A DNA stretch of 64,000 nucleotides. It comes from Candidatus Omnitrophota bacterium. Its GTDB lineage: Bacteria; Omnitrophota; Omnitrophia; Omnitrophales; Aquincolibacteriaceae. The position numbers were made by a program, and so were the translations under genes. The notes beneath the pieces were generated by a model. The model did no database searches and was not told where the DNA came from. It saw only the letters and a list, made by a program, of their open reading frames with translations. Of this stretch, positions 40,791 to 49,723 are shown piece by piece. The DNA lies in the NCBI GenBank assembly GCA_903856085.1, contig CAIOAT010000013.1:103430-167429 (forward strand). The letters are read 5' to 3'. Position 1 is the stretch's first letter. The number at the start of each line of letters is the position of its first letter.

Positions 40791-42474
40791 GGACCTCACC
40801 CTCCTCCTGAGCAGGAACTTCCACCTTGGCGATCTCTGGCTTCACCGGAACGGGAATCTTCAAACCATGCGCTTCCTGAAAAGCGAGCGCGGCACGAATA
40901 AATTCGCGAAAAAGCGGGTGCGCCCTGTCCGGTTTGGATTTGAACTCCGGATGAAATTGGACCGCAAGGAACCAGGGGTGATCGTCTAATTCGATCATCT
41001 CAACCAGTTTTCCATTTGGGGAAACGCCGGAAAGTTTCATTCCGGCTTTCTGGAATTTTTCTCGATATTCGTTATTGAACTCATAACGGTGGCGATGACG
41101 CTCTGAAATCTCATCCAGTTTGTAAGCTTTGTGCGCAAGCGTTTCTTTTTTGACCTGGCAAGGATACGCACCAAGACGCATCGTGCCGCCCATCTCCTTC
41201 ACATTCTGCTGTTCCTCGAGAAGACTGATCACCGGGAAGGGCGTCTTCTTGTTGAACTCGGTGGAATGCGCATTTTTCATATCCATCACATTGCGTGCAA
41301 ATTCAATCGCCGCGCACTGCATCCCGAGACATATCCCAAAGAAAGGGATTTTTTTCTCGCGGGCAAATTGGATCGCCTTGAGTTTTCCTTCGATCCCACG
41401 GCTCCCGAACCCTCCCGGAACCAAGATCCCGGAGACCCCCTTCAGCTGCTCTAGTGAACGCGCCGTTTCAAGCTTTTCGGAATTGATTCGTTTGATCACG
41501 ACGCCCGTGTCGTTGGCAATTCCGCCGTGCTTCAAAGATTCATAAATGGACTTGTAAGCATCCTGCAGCTCGACATATTTACCGACCACGGCGATCTTGA
41601 CCAGATGCCTGGGATGAAGTGCCTTGTCGACCACGTTCTTTTTCCATTCGTGAAGACTGCCCGCTTTGTATTCGATCTTGAGCTTTTGGCAAATAACTTT
41701 GTCGATCCCCTCCGCTTTGAACATGAGAGGGCATTCATAGATCGAGGCCACATCGCGCGCTTCGATCACGGCTTCCGGTTCCACGTTACAAAAAAGCGCG
41801 ATCTTGTCCTTCATCGCTTGGTCGATCTTTTTTTCGGTACGACAGATCAAGATGTCCGGCTGGATACCAATCTCACGCAAGGTTCCGACGCTATGTTGCG
41901 TGGGCTTGGTCTTGAGCTCGCCCGCGGCTTTAAGATAAGGAACGAGTGTGAGATGGATGAAAAGAGAATTCTCGCGACCAACTTCATGACGATACTGCCG
42001 GGCGGCCTCCAGGAACGGTAAGGATTCGATATCGCCGGCCGTGCCTCCGACCTCCGAAATCACAACGTCATAACGTTTGTTGCGTGAAACATTCCGGATG
42101 CGTTCTTTGATCTCATTGGTAATATGCGGTACCACTTGCACCGTACCGCCCAGATAATCCCCTCGTCGTTCTTTGGCGATCACGGTGTAATAGACCTGAC
42201 CACTGGTCACATTGTTCTCGCGGCCCAGCGTACTATGCGTGAACCGTTCGTAATGCCCGAGGTCCAGATCTGTCTCTGCCCCATCATCGGTCACATAGAC
42301 CTCACCATGTTGAAAAGGATTCATCGTGCCGGGATCCACGTTCAGATAGGGGTCGAGCTTCTGGATCGCGACCTTGAGACCCTTTGCTTCAAGGATCTTT
42401 GCGATCGATGCAGATGCAATGCCTTTTCCAAGGGAAGAAACGACGCCGCCTGTTACAAAAATATGCTTTGGCAT
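40783..42474 (-). CDS. pyrG: CTP synthase.
   Basis: [19 protein letters not shown]-terminus and the glutamine amidotransferase GICLGMQ motif. 563 aa. Confidence 0.9.
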   Translation of the reverse strand: MPKHIFVTGGVVSSLGKGIASASIAKILEAKGLKVAIQKLDPYLNVDPGTMNPFQHGEVYVTDDGAETDLDLGHYERFTHSTLGRENNVTSGQVYYTVIAKERRGDYLGGTVQVVPHITNEIKERIRNVSRNKRYDVVISEVGGTAGDIESLPFLEAARQYRHEVGRENSLFIHLTLVPYLKAAGELKTKPTQHSVGTLREIGIQPDILICRTEKKIDQAMKDKIALFCNVEPEAVIEARDVASIYECPLMFKAEGIDKVICQKLKIEYKAGSLHEWKKNVVDKALHPRHLVKIAVVGKYVELQDAYKSIYESLKHGGIANDTGVVIKRINSEKLETARSLEQLKGVSGILVPGGFGSRGIEGKLKAIQFAREKKIPFFGICLGMQCAAIEFARNVMDMKNAHSTEFNKKTPFPVISLLEEQQNVKEMGGTMRLGAYPCQVKKETLAHKAYKLDEISERHRHRYEFNNEYREKFQKAGMKLSGVSPNGKLVEMIELDDHPWFLAVQFHPEFKSKPDRAHPLFREFIRAALAFQEAHGLKIPVPVKPEIAKVEVPAQEEGEVHA

Positions 42475-42520
42475 TTTAAATTCCTCACGAGGTTTGCCTG
42501 TCCTGACATCTATTTTATTT

Positions 42521-43318
42521 TCATCGAAGATTGCCAGGGCTAGTCCAATTAACCTTCAACTCTTTTGACGGAGAATTGGCCTGTAAACGCTTTTCGACTT
42601 CCTGCAGATCCTCTTCCGTGTCCACGCTGATGAAATCATACGCCGTTTCGATCACGCGAATGGAACGGCCCCTTTCGAGGATCCTGAGCTGCTCTAATTT
42701 CTCGGTATTTTCCAGGATTCCAGGCTCCCAAGCAACAAATTTCAAAAGAAATTCGCGCCGATATCCGTAAACTCCCAGATGTTTCAAAAAACTGAACGCA
42801 CAATTTTGTTTTCCTTGAAAGAACGGGATGGCCGCGCGTGAAAAATAAAGCGCGTTCCCCTCCGCGTCACAAACGATTTTAACAACATTGGGATTCTCAT
42901 AACTTTCCTTGTCCGTCATCCGCACGGCCAGGGTCAGGACTTCCACATCCTTCGCTCGTTCAAAAATGCTCACCATCTCGTCAAGCGCCTTCGGGTCCAC
43001 GAGAGGCTGATCGCCCTGAATATTGATCACCAGTTCCTGTTTGAAACGACCCATGACTTCCGCAATCCTCGAGGTCCCGTTCGGATGGTCTTTGCGCGTC
43101 ATGAAAGCCTTACCACCAAACCCTTCAACGCATTGCTGGATACGCGTGTCGTCGGTGGCTACGATCACATCCTCAAGCTTTTTCGCCTGTCTCGCGCGTT
43201 CCCAAACATGCTGGATCATGGGCTTGCCGCCGATGGAACGCAGGATCTTTTCGGAAAGGCGCGTGGAACCTAAACGTGCGGGGATAACACCGAGGGCTTT
43301 CATATTCTCTAGGCTCAT
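42521..43318 (-). CDS. kdsB: 3-deoxy-manno-octulosonate cytidylyltransferase (CMP-Kdo synthetase). Its C-terminal tail is encoded by a repeat copy.
   Basis: [18 protein letters not shown]-terminus. The C-terminal [17 protein letters not shown] is encoded by repeat copy H2. Confidence 0.85.
   Translation of the reverse strand: MSLENMKALGVIPARLGSTRLSEKILRSIGGKPMIQHVWERARQAKKLEDVIVATDDTRIQQCVEGFGGKAFMTRKDHPNGTSRIAEVMGRFKQELVINIQGDQPLVDPKALDEMVSIFERAKDVEVLTLAVRMTDKESYENPNVVKIVCDAEGNALYFSRAAIPFFQGKQNCAFSFLKHLGVYGYRREFLLKFVAWEPGILENTEKLEQLRILERGRSIRVIETAYDFISVDTEEDLQEVEKRLQANSPSKELKVNWTSPGNLR
42527..42582. repeat. Palindromic repeat family, copy H2 (short variant), overlapping the kdsB 3' end.
   Basis: GATTGCCAGGGCTAGTCCAATTAACCTTCAACTCTTTTGACGGAGAATTGG. 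It is related to copies at 48655 and 46160, and to copy D. Confidence 0.6.
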
Positions 43319-44334
43319 GCCTTCCGGATCGCTTCTTCGAGCTCTCCGGGAGCAACCGTCGCGGTACCGAGTTTACCGACCACAATACCAGCAGCGAGAT
43401 TCGATATCTTCGCGGCCTCTTGCATTTTAGCACCTGCCGCCAACGCAAGCCCGAGTGTCGCGATCACCGTATCCCCGGCGCCTGAAACATCGTAAACTTC
43501 GCGCGCGGCGGTCGGCACCTTGGTCAGCTTTTTATTTTTTTCGAAAAGCGCCATACCATCTTCACCGAGCGTAATCAACACAGAATCGAGTTTTAATTTT
43601 TTCATCAACCCCCAGCCGACCGTTTCCAATTCCGGTGTTTTGTAACACGATCCATGCGTCCGTTCATAACCGATAAAGGCCTCGCTCCGGTTCGGAGTGA
43701 TGCAGGTTACGCCCTGGTAATAAACAAAATGTTTTTCCTTCGGATCCACGAGCACGGGCTTCCTGAACTTTTTGGCAAGACGAACGATCTCCCTTAAAAG
43801 AAAAGGCTGCATGACGCCTTTACCGTAATCTTCAAGGATCACAACATCCATGCGTTTGATATTCTCACGAACGAATTTCAGGATTTTTAGAAGGTCGGCC
43901 TTGGAGACATCTTCGGTCTTTTCACGGTCAAAACGAACGACTTGCTGGGAATGCGCGATCACACGGGTCTTGAGGGACGTCGGACGTGTCGGATCATAAA
44001 CGATCCCGCCCGTTTCGATCCCCTGTTTGCGCATCACCTTAAGCAACATGCGCCCGTAAAGATCGCGTCCTACCACACCGCAAGGGCAAACCTGTCCCTG
44101 AAGAGAGCGAATATTGTTGGCCACGTTGAGCGACCCGCCTGGCATATAGGATTCCCGCTCGACTTTGACGACCGGAACCGGCGCCTCAGGGGAAATGCGC
44201 TTGACGCTGCCCCAAACAAACTGGTCCAGAATAAAGTCTCCGATCACGAGGATACGCGCTTCTTTGAACCTCTCGATGATCTCGAGAAAACGTCTTTTCT
44301 CTAAGCTGTTAAGCGGTAAAGATGTGGTTTTCAT
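43315..44334 (-). CDS. D-glycero-beta-D-manno-heptose 7-phosphate kinase (RfaE/HldE domain I, PfkB family). No adenylyltransferase domain is attached.
   Basis: Ribokinase-like fold: ILVIGDFILDQF, GGSLNVANN, DVSGAGDTVIATL. The start was taken at the MKTTSLP ATG. Confidence 0.7.
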   Translation of the reverse strand: MKTTSLPLNSLEKRRFLEIIERFKEARILVIGDFILDQFVWGSVKRISPEAPVPVVKVERESYMPGGSLNVANNIRSLQGQVCPCGVVGRDLYGRMLLKVMRKQGIETGGIVYDPTRPTSLKTRVIAHSQQVVRFDREKTEDVSKADLLKILKFVRENIKRMDVVILEDYGKGVMQPFLLREIVRLAKKFRKPVLVDPKEKHFVYYQGVTCITPNRSEAFIGYERTHGSCYKTPELETVGWGLMKKLKLDSVLITLGEDGMALFEKNKKLTKVPTAAREVYDVSGAGDTVIATLGLALAAGAKMQEAAKISNLAAGIVVGKLGTATVAPGELEEAIRKA

Positions 44335-44563
44335 TGTCCCTTTTTTAAAAAAAGGACGAGCACATGATGCACATTCTGATTTAAAAAAGAAATCAGTGCC
44401 AGTCCCGGTTGGGGCGATCAAGGAAGGCCGTATGATAACACCCCTTGCCGAGGGTGTCAATGAAAGGAAAGCTCTTTAACTTGTTGCAATTAAAAGGGTT
44501 AGAGAATGAAGACGCCGTGTGTTGCCTTTTGGCATTTCCTCATGCCAGCTCGGGGTCAGAAAG

Positions 44564-44851
44564 TCACTTTTTTGCTGTGGGACAAGCAGAGCAATCGCCG
44601 GAACAGGATGGGGCTGCGGGAGCTTCCTTTTTGGGGACGTCGTTTTTGGCTGACTCCTTGTAACCCTTGGAACGATAATCGGTCTGATAGAAGCCGCTCC
44701 CTTTAAAAAGCACCCCCGCTCCGCCGGAGATCAGACGTTCGGCCTTGGCCTTCCCGCATTTTGGACATTTCTTGATGGCTTTTTCGGTCATGGACTGGTA
44801 TTTTTCGAACCGATGGCCACATGCCCCGCATTCATACTCATAAGTCGGCAT
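44564..44851 (-). CDS. FmdB-family zinc-ribbon protein.
   Basis: MPTYEYECGACGHRFE...CPKCG. Two CxxC pairs. 95 aa. Confidence 0.6.
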   Translation of the reverse strand: MPTYEYECGACGHRFEKYQSMTEKAIKKCPKCGKAKAERLISGGAGVLFKGSGFYQTDYRSKGYKESAKNDVPKKEAPAAPSCSGDCSACPTAKK

Positions 44852-44893
44852 TAAAGGGTCTCTCCTTTGAAGACACGCATTATAGTCCTGATA

Positions 44894-44943
44894 CCTATCG
44901 ATTTCAACGGAGTTGAAATCGGGGCAATCCTTGTCAACCGTTC
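44894..44943. repeat. Palindromic repeat family, copy F (short variant with a perfect GATTTCAACGGAGTTGAAATC palindrome).
   Basis: CCTATCGATTTCAACGGAGTTGAAATCGGGGCAATCCTTGTCAACCG. Confidence 0.65.
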
Positions 44944-44990
44944 AAGAAAAGAATCCGAGACAAGGACAGGGAGAAAAGAAATAATTTCAA

Positions 44991-45794
44991 TCAATTCGCC
45001 GGAGCCTGTCCGGGATCGTAGCCGGCAAGCGTCGCGACGACTTCACCCAGGACGGGAACCTTGACCTTCATCACAAGCGGAATGCGGCGCTCGTCCATAC
45101 TCATCCAACCACGGACTTTTCCGCGCCTGACAAAAAACCCTTCGAACAAAATGATCGGTTCGATCTCAACCGCCTGAAAAACGCCCACAGGGTCGATCTT
45201 CATTTCTTTGACGCCATGCGCAACCACTTCAAGATCCCAGTTTTTTTCGTCCGCGTTCACTGGGATCAGCGTCTTGGAATTCGGCTTCAGATCCTGGAGC
45301 CGGAGCCAGTAGCAGCAGGAGATCTGGTCCTGAACATGCTGAGGAATGAACATTTCTTTTCGACTGTTGTCCTTCCGGGAATAAAAGAGGCCGATATGTT
45401 TGCTCTGATCGTATTCCATCGACTCGTCCGTCCAGTAGCTACCCTCTTTAATCTTTTTTTCATAGCGAAGAGAGTCAAAATGTTCGGCATCGATATAGGT
45501 GTGGTGCGTATCCCGAACCTTGTAGATCCAGTCGAGGATCGGTCGCGACCGGATATTGATCTCGATGTGATAAGCATCGCGGCCGTTCACTTTGACAAGC
45601 TCTTTCACCTCGGAAACTGCTTCCCCCACGGTGATTCCAAGATAACTGACCTCGAATTTTATTTTCTCCCCGAGAAATATTTTTGCGGCAGATTTTTCCG
45701 AAGGCGCAAAAACCCGCCCCTTTTCTTGGGCAGAACTGATGGGAGCAAGAAGTACCAGCGTTAAAAAAAAGAGCGCTGCTTTTTTCATGGGCAT
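44991..45794 (-). CDS. Secreted hypothetical protein with a signal peptide, possibly DUF3108-like.
   Basis: N-terminal signal peptide MPMKKAALFFLTLVLLAPISSA. 267 aa. The family assignment is tentative. Confidence 0.45.
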   Translation of the reverse strand: MPMKKAALFFLTLVLLAPISSAQEKGRVFAPSEKSAAKIFLGEKIKFEVSYLGITVGEAVSEVKELVKVNGRDAYHIEINIRSRPILDWIYKVRDTHHTYIDAEHFDSLRYEKKIKEGSYWTDESMEYDQSKHIGLFYSRKDNSRKEMFIPQHVQDQISCCYWLRLQDLKPNSKTLIPVNADEKNWDLEVVAHGVKEMKIDPVGVFQAVEIEPIILFEGFFVRRGKVRGWMSMDERRIPLVMKVKVPVLGEVVATLAGYDPGQAPAN

Positions 45795-46564
45795 CAGTTC
45801 CGGATAGTCCCGTCAAGGCCGATCACGACCCTCTTAATGGCAAGGCGTGTCCCGGAGAGTTCAACCGCTTCCTGAACCATGCGAAAGAGCCCCGAACAGC
45901 ACGGCACTTCCATGATCACCACGGTAAGTGAATAAATAATGTTATTCTTGAGGAGTTCGGCGATCTTTTCGACATACTCGCCAGTTTCATCCAGCTTGGG
46001 ACAGGCAATGACGAGTCGCCTCCCTTTCAGCATATCCTGATGAAAACTTCCAAGCGTAAAGGCCGTACAGTCCGCTGCGATCAAAAGATCGCACTCCTTG
46101 AAATACGGCGCAACCGGCGAGATCAGATGAAGCTGGATCGGCCATTGGCTGAGCTCGGAGGGCGCGGGACCCGTCCCTTGAACCTTTGATTCTGTGGATG
46201 GAGAATGCGGCTTGATTTCGCGGGCCATGGAACCCGGACAACCGCCAAAATGCGGTGCGTGACCGGTGCCATGGAGTGACGCCACCCCATGAACTTTTTG
46301 CGCAGCCTCAGAACCTTGGGTCTTCAACACGTGATCGAAAGCGGCCTTGGGATCATAGTCGTTGCTGTCTCTTTCGATGATCTTGAGCGCGTCGACAGGA
46401 CAAACATCCAGGCAGGCTCCCATCCCATCACAAAAGATCTCTTTAACGAGCACGGCCTTCTTATGTTCATCCAGCACCAACGCGCCTTCCGCACAGGCCT
46501 TGGTGCAAAGCCCGCACCCATTACATTTTTCACGATCGATCTCAATGATCTTACGTTTTGCCAT
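45794..46564 (-). CDS. 2x[4Fe-4S] ferredoxin-domain protein with an uncharacterised Cys-containing C-terminal domain. It carries an in-frame repeat insertion.
   Basis: CNGCGLCTKACAEGA and CDGMGACLDVCPVDA motifs. The internal HSPSTESKVQGTGPAPSEL segment is encoded by repeat copy H3. Confidence 0.5.
   Translation of the reverse strand: MAKRKIIEIDREKCNGCGLCTKACAEGALVLDEHKKAVLVKEIFCDGMGACLDVCPVDALKIIERDSNDYDPKAAFDHVLKTQGSEAAQKVHGVASLHGTGHAPHFGGCPGSMAREIKPHSPSTESKVQGTGPAPSELSQWPIQLHLISPVAPYFKECDLLIAADCTAFTLGSFHQDMLKGRRLVIACPKLDETGEYVEKIAELLKNNIIYSLTVVIMEVPCCSGLFRMVQEAVELSGTRLAIKRVVIGLDGTIRN
46160..46212. repeat. Palindromic repeat family, copy H3, in frame inside a coding sequence.
   Basis: GGGACCCGTCCCTTGAACCTTTGATTCTGTGGATGGAGAATGCGG aligns to GGCCAGTCCCATTAACCTTTGATTCTTTTGAAAGAGAATGGGA at 48667-48709. 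Confidence 0.55.
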
Positions 46565-46633
46565 AAAAGCTCCTTTAACCTAGCCGCTAGCGTTTAACCA
46601 AAACTCCAGGCTTTCCCTATCCCCGGATCCCGC

Positions 46634-47677
46634 TCACACCCCGAGTGTCAGAAGGTCGCGCACCGCGGCATGCACATCTTCTACCGCAATTTCATCAATA
46701 TAGGTGAACTTCCGTTCGGCGGCGGGAATATGGGAAACATCCTTCGCGACCACACGGGAATTCTTTCCGAGAGGCTGCCAGCGTTTGGGCCCAAGACCCG
46801 GTTCATACCTCCCGAAAATAGAAACAACCGGCGTGCCGACCGCCGTCGCGATATGCACCGGCCCAGAATCATTGGAAATCAGTAAAGCTGATCGCTTCAA
46901 AAGCACTCCCAGCATTCCGAGTGAAAGTCTGCCGCTCAAATCGAAGACCGGGACCGAGGTATTTTTTATCAACCTTTCAATAGTGGCCCGATCTTGAGAG
47001 GTCCCTATCGCGAGAAAAATGCTGGGACGTTCCTTTTGAAGGCACGTCACAAGTTCGGCAAAACGCTCCGCCGGCCACATTTTGGTGACATCGCTTGCCG
47101 AAGGGTTCAAAGCAATCCACGGAAGATCATTTGGAACTTTATGGAACAAGCGCATGCTCTCAAACGACTGCACGGAGCGATCCGTGATGGGGAAAAAAGT
47201 TTCAATCTCTCGAGGCGGAGTCACACCCAGGGGCTCCAGAAGTTCGAAGAGATATTCGGCCTCCTGTTTGAGACCTTCTTTTTTGTTATACGGATGGACT
47301 TTCGTCAAAGCCCAAGAAGCGCGACGGTCGTATCCGATCCGAACCGGAATCCCCGCAAACCACGCGGCCAGATGCATCCGGTTCGTACCATGGCAATGAA
47401 TCACAACATCAAACCTCTTGCTGCGAAGTTTTTGGCTAAAGAGGAATTGCCCCCAAAGACCTCGTTCGCTTCCTTTTTTATCGTAGAGGATCACTTCATC
47501 CAGATAAGGATTCCCCTGAACGATCTCATGATGTTCGCGGAATACAACCGTTGCGATCCAGGCCTTCGGGAATTGTTCGCGTAACGCCTTAAAAAGCGGC
47601 GTTGTAAGGACCAGGTCCCCGATGCGATCTGTGCGCGTAATGAGAATGCGCGGGGCGTCAGGCAGCTTGATTGGCAT
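46634..47677 (-). CDS. Glycosyltransferase family 9 (LPS heptosyltransferase-like).
   Basis: GT9 pattern: ILITRTDRIGDLVLTTPLFKALREQFP N-terminus and a C-terminal GTSQD-type region. 347 aa. Confidence 0.75.
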   Translation of the reverse strand: MPIKLPDAPRILITRTDRIGDLVLTTPLFKALREQFPKAWIATVVFREHHEIVQGNPYLDEVILYDKKGSERGLWGQFLFSQKLRSKRFDVVIHCHGTNRMHLAAWFAGIPVRIGYDRRASWALTKVHPYNKKEGLKQEAEYLFELLEPLGVTPPREIETFFPITDRSVQSFESMRLFHKVPNDLPWIALNPSASDVTKMWPAERFAELVTCLQKERPSIFLAIGTSQDRATIERLIKNTSVPVFDLSGRLSLGMLGVLLKRSALLISNDSGPVHIATAVGTPVVSIFGRYEPGLGPKRWQPLGKNSRVVAKDVSHIPAAERKFTYIDEIAVEDVHAAVRDLLTLGV

Positions 47678-48620
47678 TCAGAAGCTCCAGAGAAAGTTCG
47701 ACCACTTTTTCAGGTTTCAATCCGTGAAAACAACTCCGTTCAGCACGGGGCAACCTCTCGGATCCACAAGCGCAGTCTTGAGCCTCTCCTCGCGCGACGC
47801 GGAATTTCGGACCCCCATGCCCATATTTCTCATGGTCCGTCGGACCGAAGATCCCGACAGTCGGCGTACCCAATTCGAACCCAAGATGCATGATCGCGCT
47901 GTCGTTGGCGACCACAAGCGAAGCCTTCGCGATAAGCGCCGCAGTCTCGGGCAAAACCAGGTCCCCGCAAAGAACCCCGACGCTCTCGGGAAGTTCCGCC
48001 AGAATGCTGTCGGCCACTGGCCTCTCATTAAGAGTCCCCACCAAAAGAATCTTTTTTCCGGTCTTCGCATGAAGCTTCCGGATCACTTCCTTAAAATATT
48101 GAACCGGCCACCGTTTTCTCTCGCTGGCCGCCCCTGCCGCCACAAGGATCCATCCCCTCTTTTCCTGGATCCCTATAACGTCCAAAGCGCGCATCGCAAA
48201 AACCTCATCCGCTTTGTTAAAGAAAAGAAAAGAAGACGGAACGGGAATATCGGATTCCACCCCCGCAAGCATTTCGAGATGACGATCTCGCATGTTGACC
48301 CTGGTGAATTTTCTGAAAAGCGGGGTCCTTTTCTTGCAGGAAACCAAAAACGGGATCACGGTATTTCGCAGGTCCACAACGCAGTCGTATTTTACCTTGC
48401 GCAGTTCCGCAATGAATTTCAATTTTTGTCCCAAGGAAGCTTTCTTATCGTAGATGACGGTCTTATAGATGTCGGGGCTTCTCTGCAGAACGCTCCGCGC
48501 ACGCGGTCCGACCACTACCGTGAGCCGCGCCTCGGGATATTTCCGAACAAGGGCCATGATCACCGGCGTCGTCAGGATCACATCCCCGAAATTGCTTAAT
48601 GTCACGACGAGAATATTCAT
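47658..48620 (-). CDS. Glycosyltransferase family 9 (heptosyltransferase-like).
   Basis: MNILVVTLSNFGDVILTTPVIMALVRKYPEA N-terminus. The start was taken at the MNILVV ATG, overlapping the upstream stop as ATGA. Confidence 0.75.
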   Translation of the reverse strand: MNILVVTLSNFGDVILTTPVIMALVRKYPEARLTVVVGPRARSVLQRSPDIYKTVIYDKKASLGQKLKFIAELRKVKYDCVVDLRNTVIPFLVSCKKRTPLFRKFTRVNMRDRHLEMLAGVESDIPVPSSFLFFNKADEVFAMRALDVIGIQEKRGWILVAAGAASERKRWPVQYFKEVIRKLHAKTGKKILLVGTLNERPVADSILAELPESVGVLCGDLVLPETAALIAKASLVVANDSAIMHLGFELGTPTVGIFGPTDHEKYGHGGPKFRVARGEAQDCACGSERLPRAERSCFHGLKPEKVVELSLELLNANQAA

Positions 48621-49723
48621 GTTTTCCTCAGGTCCTGGCATCCATTTTCTTTCCGTAAAAGGTTGCCAGGGCCAGTCCCATTAACCTTTGATTCTTTTGA
48701 AAGAGAATGGGAGAGGATCTTTTCGATCGCCGTCAAAACCTCCTCCGGAGTAATATGCGAAAGCCAGCCTTCGGCCGGAAGGTTCTTACCGAAAAAAGGG
48801 ACCACATAACCTGGGGGAACATATTGTAGTACAAGGCTCTCGCCTCTTCCACGGGGTCCGGTGAGTTTTGGATCGGTAGGACCAAAAAGAGCGATGACTG
48901 GAGCACCGACACCGGAAGCAATATGCATAGGTCCGGAATCGCCACTCACAAGACACGCGGCCTGCTCATAAATAGCCGCCGAAACCCCGAGACTGGTCTT
49001 TCCCACGAACGAGAGAAAACGCGCCTTTTTTACTTTTCCAGAAAAGGCCTCGAAGAGCGCCTCATCTTGCCGCGAGCCTGTCACCACGACAGGCAGGCCT
49101 CGCGTTTCGTGGATTTTGTCGGCGAGCTCCGCAAAATATGCTGGAGGCCAACGCTTCGGCTCCCAATTCGCCCCAAGATGAAAACAAATAAAAGAACCTT
49201 TTTTCTCAAGGCCTTTGTCCTTTAAGAGCCGTAACGCCAGGTCCCGGTCTTCTTTTTTGTAATAAAATGTATACGCCGGAGCTTGAGGGATCTCAAACCC
49301 TGCACGACGCATTAAATCAAGAAAATAGTCCAATTGATGCATTCGCTGGGACGGTTCCGAAATCGCCTGGGTTAAAAAAAACGTTCGCCCCTTGCCGAAT
49401 CCGATCCGTTCCTTGACCCCTGCCAGCATTAAAAGCAAAGCCCGGGTTCTGGAACGGTGGAAAAGATACCCCTGATCCCACGGTCCCTTTTTCCCGAGCT
49501 CGAAAGCGAACTGGATCCTTGGGAAAAGCGGTCGGTGCGTTGTCTTTTCATCGAAAGGCATGAATCCGGAGACCGCAGGATGAGCCTCGAGAATCTCGCG
49601 ACAACGCTCAGGAGCGACGCAAGTGATCGACGCCTCCGGGTATTTTTTTTTGATGAGATCCAGCGCAGGCATCTGGAAAAGCAGGTCCCCGAGCCAATTT
49701 TTCATGACGACAACAATCTTCAT
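48617..49723 (-). CDS. Glycosyltransferase family 9 (heptosyltransferase-like) with a repeat-encoded C-terminal tail.
   Basis: MKIVVVMKNWLGDLLFQMPALDLIKKKYPEA N-terminus. The C-terminal ...SKESKVNGTGPGNLLRKENGCQDLRKT is encoded by repeat copy H1. Confidence 0.75.
   Translation of the reverse strand: MKIVVVMKNWLGDLLFQMPALDLIKKKYPEASITCVAPERCREILEAHPAVSGFMPFDEKTTHRPLFPRIQFAFELGKKGPWDQGYLFHRSRTRALLLMLAGVKERIGFGKGRTFFLTQAISEPSQRMHQLDYFLDLMRRAGFEIPQAPAYTFYYKKEDRDLALRLLKDKGLEKKGSFICFHLGANWEPKRWPPAYFAELADKIHETRGLPVVVTGSRQDEALFEAFSGKVKKARFLSFVGKTSLGVSAAIYEQAACLVSGDSGPMHIASGVGAPVIALFGPTDPKLTGPRGRGESLVLQYVPPGYVVPFFGKNLPAEGWLSHITPEEVLTAIEKILSHSLSKESKVNGTGPGNLLRKENGCQDLRKT
48655..48715. repeat. Palindromic repeat family, copy H1, forming the 3' end of a GT9 gene.
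   Basis: AAGGTTGCCAGGGCCAGTCCCATTAACCTTTGATTCTTTTGAAAGAGAATGGGAGAGG. Confidence 0.6.

Noticed and set aside
44335-44563. Weak partial matches to the repeat family (GCCAGTCCC…GGTTGGGG and CAATTAAAAG) between the FmdB-like gene and the heptose kinase gene.
   Set aside because: Only 9-10 nt fragments match, with no recognisable hairpin core. This is too weak to call a copy.
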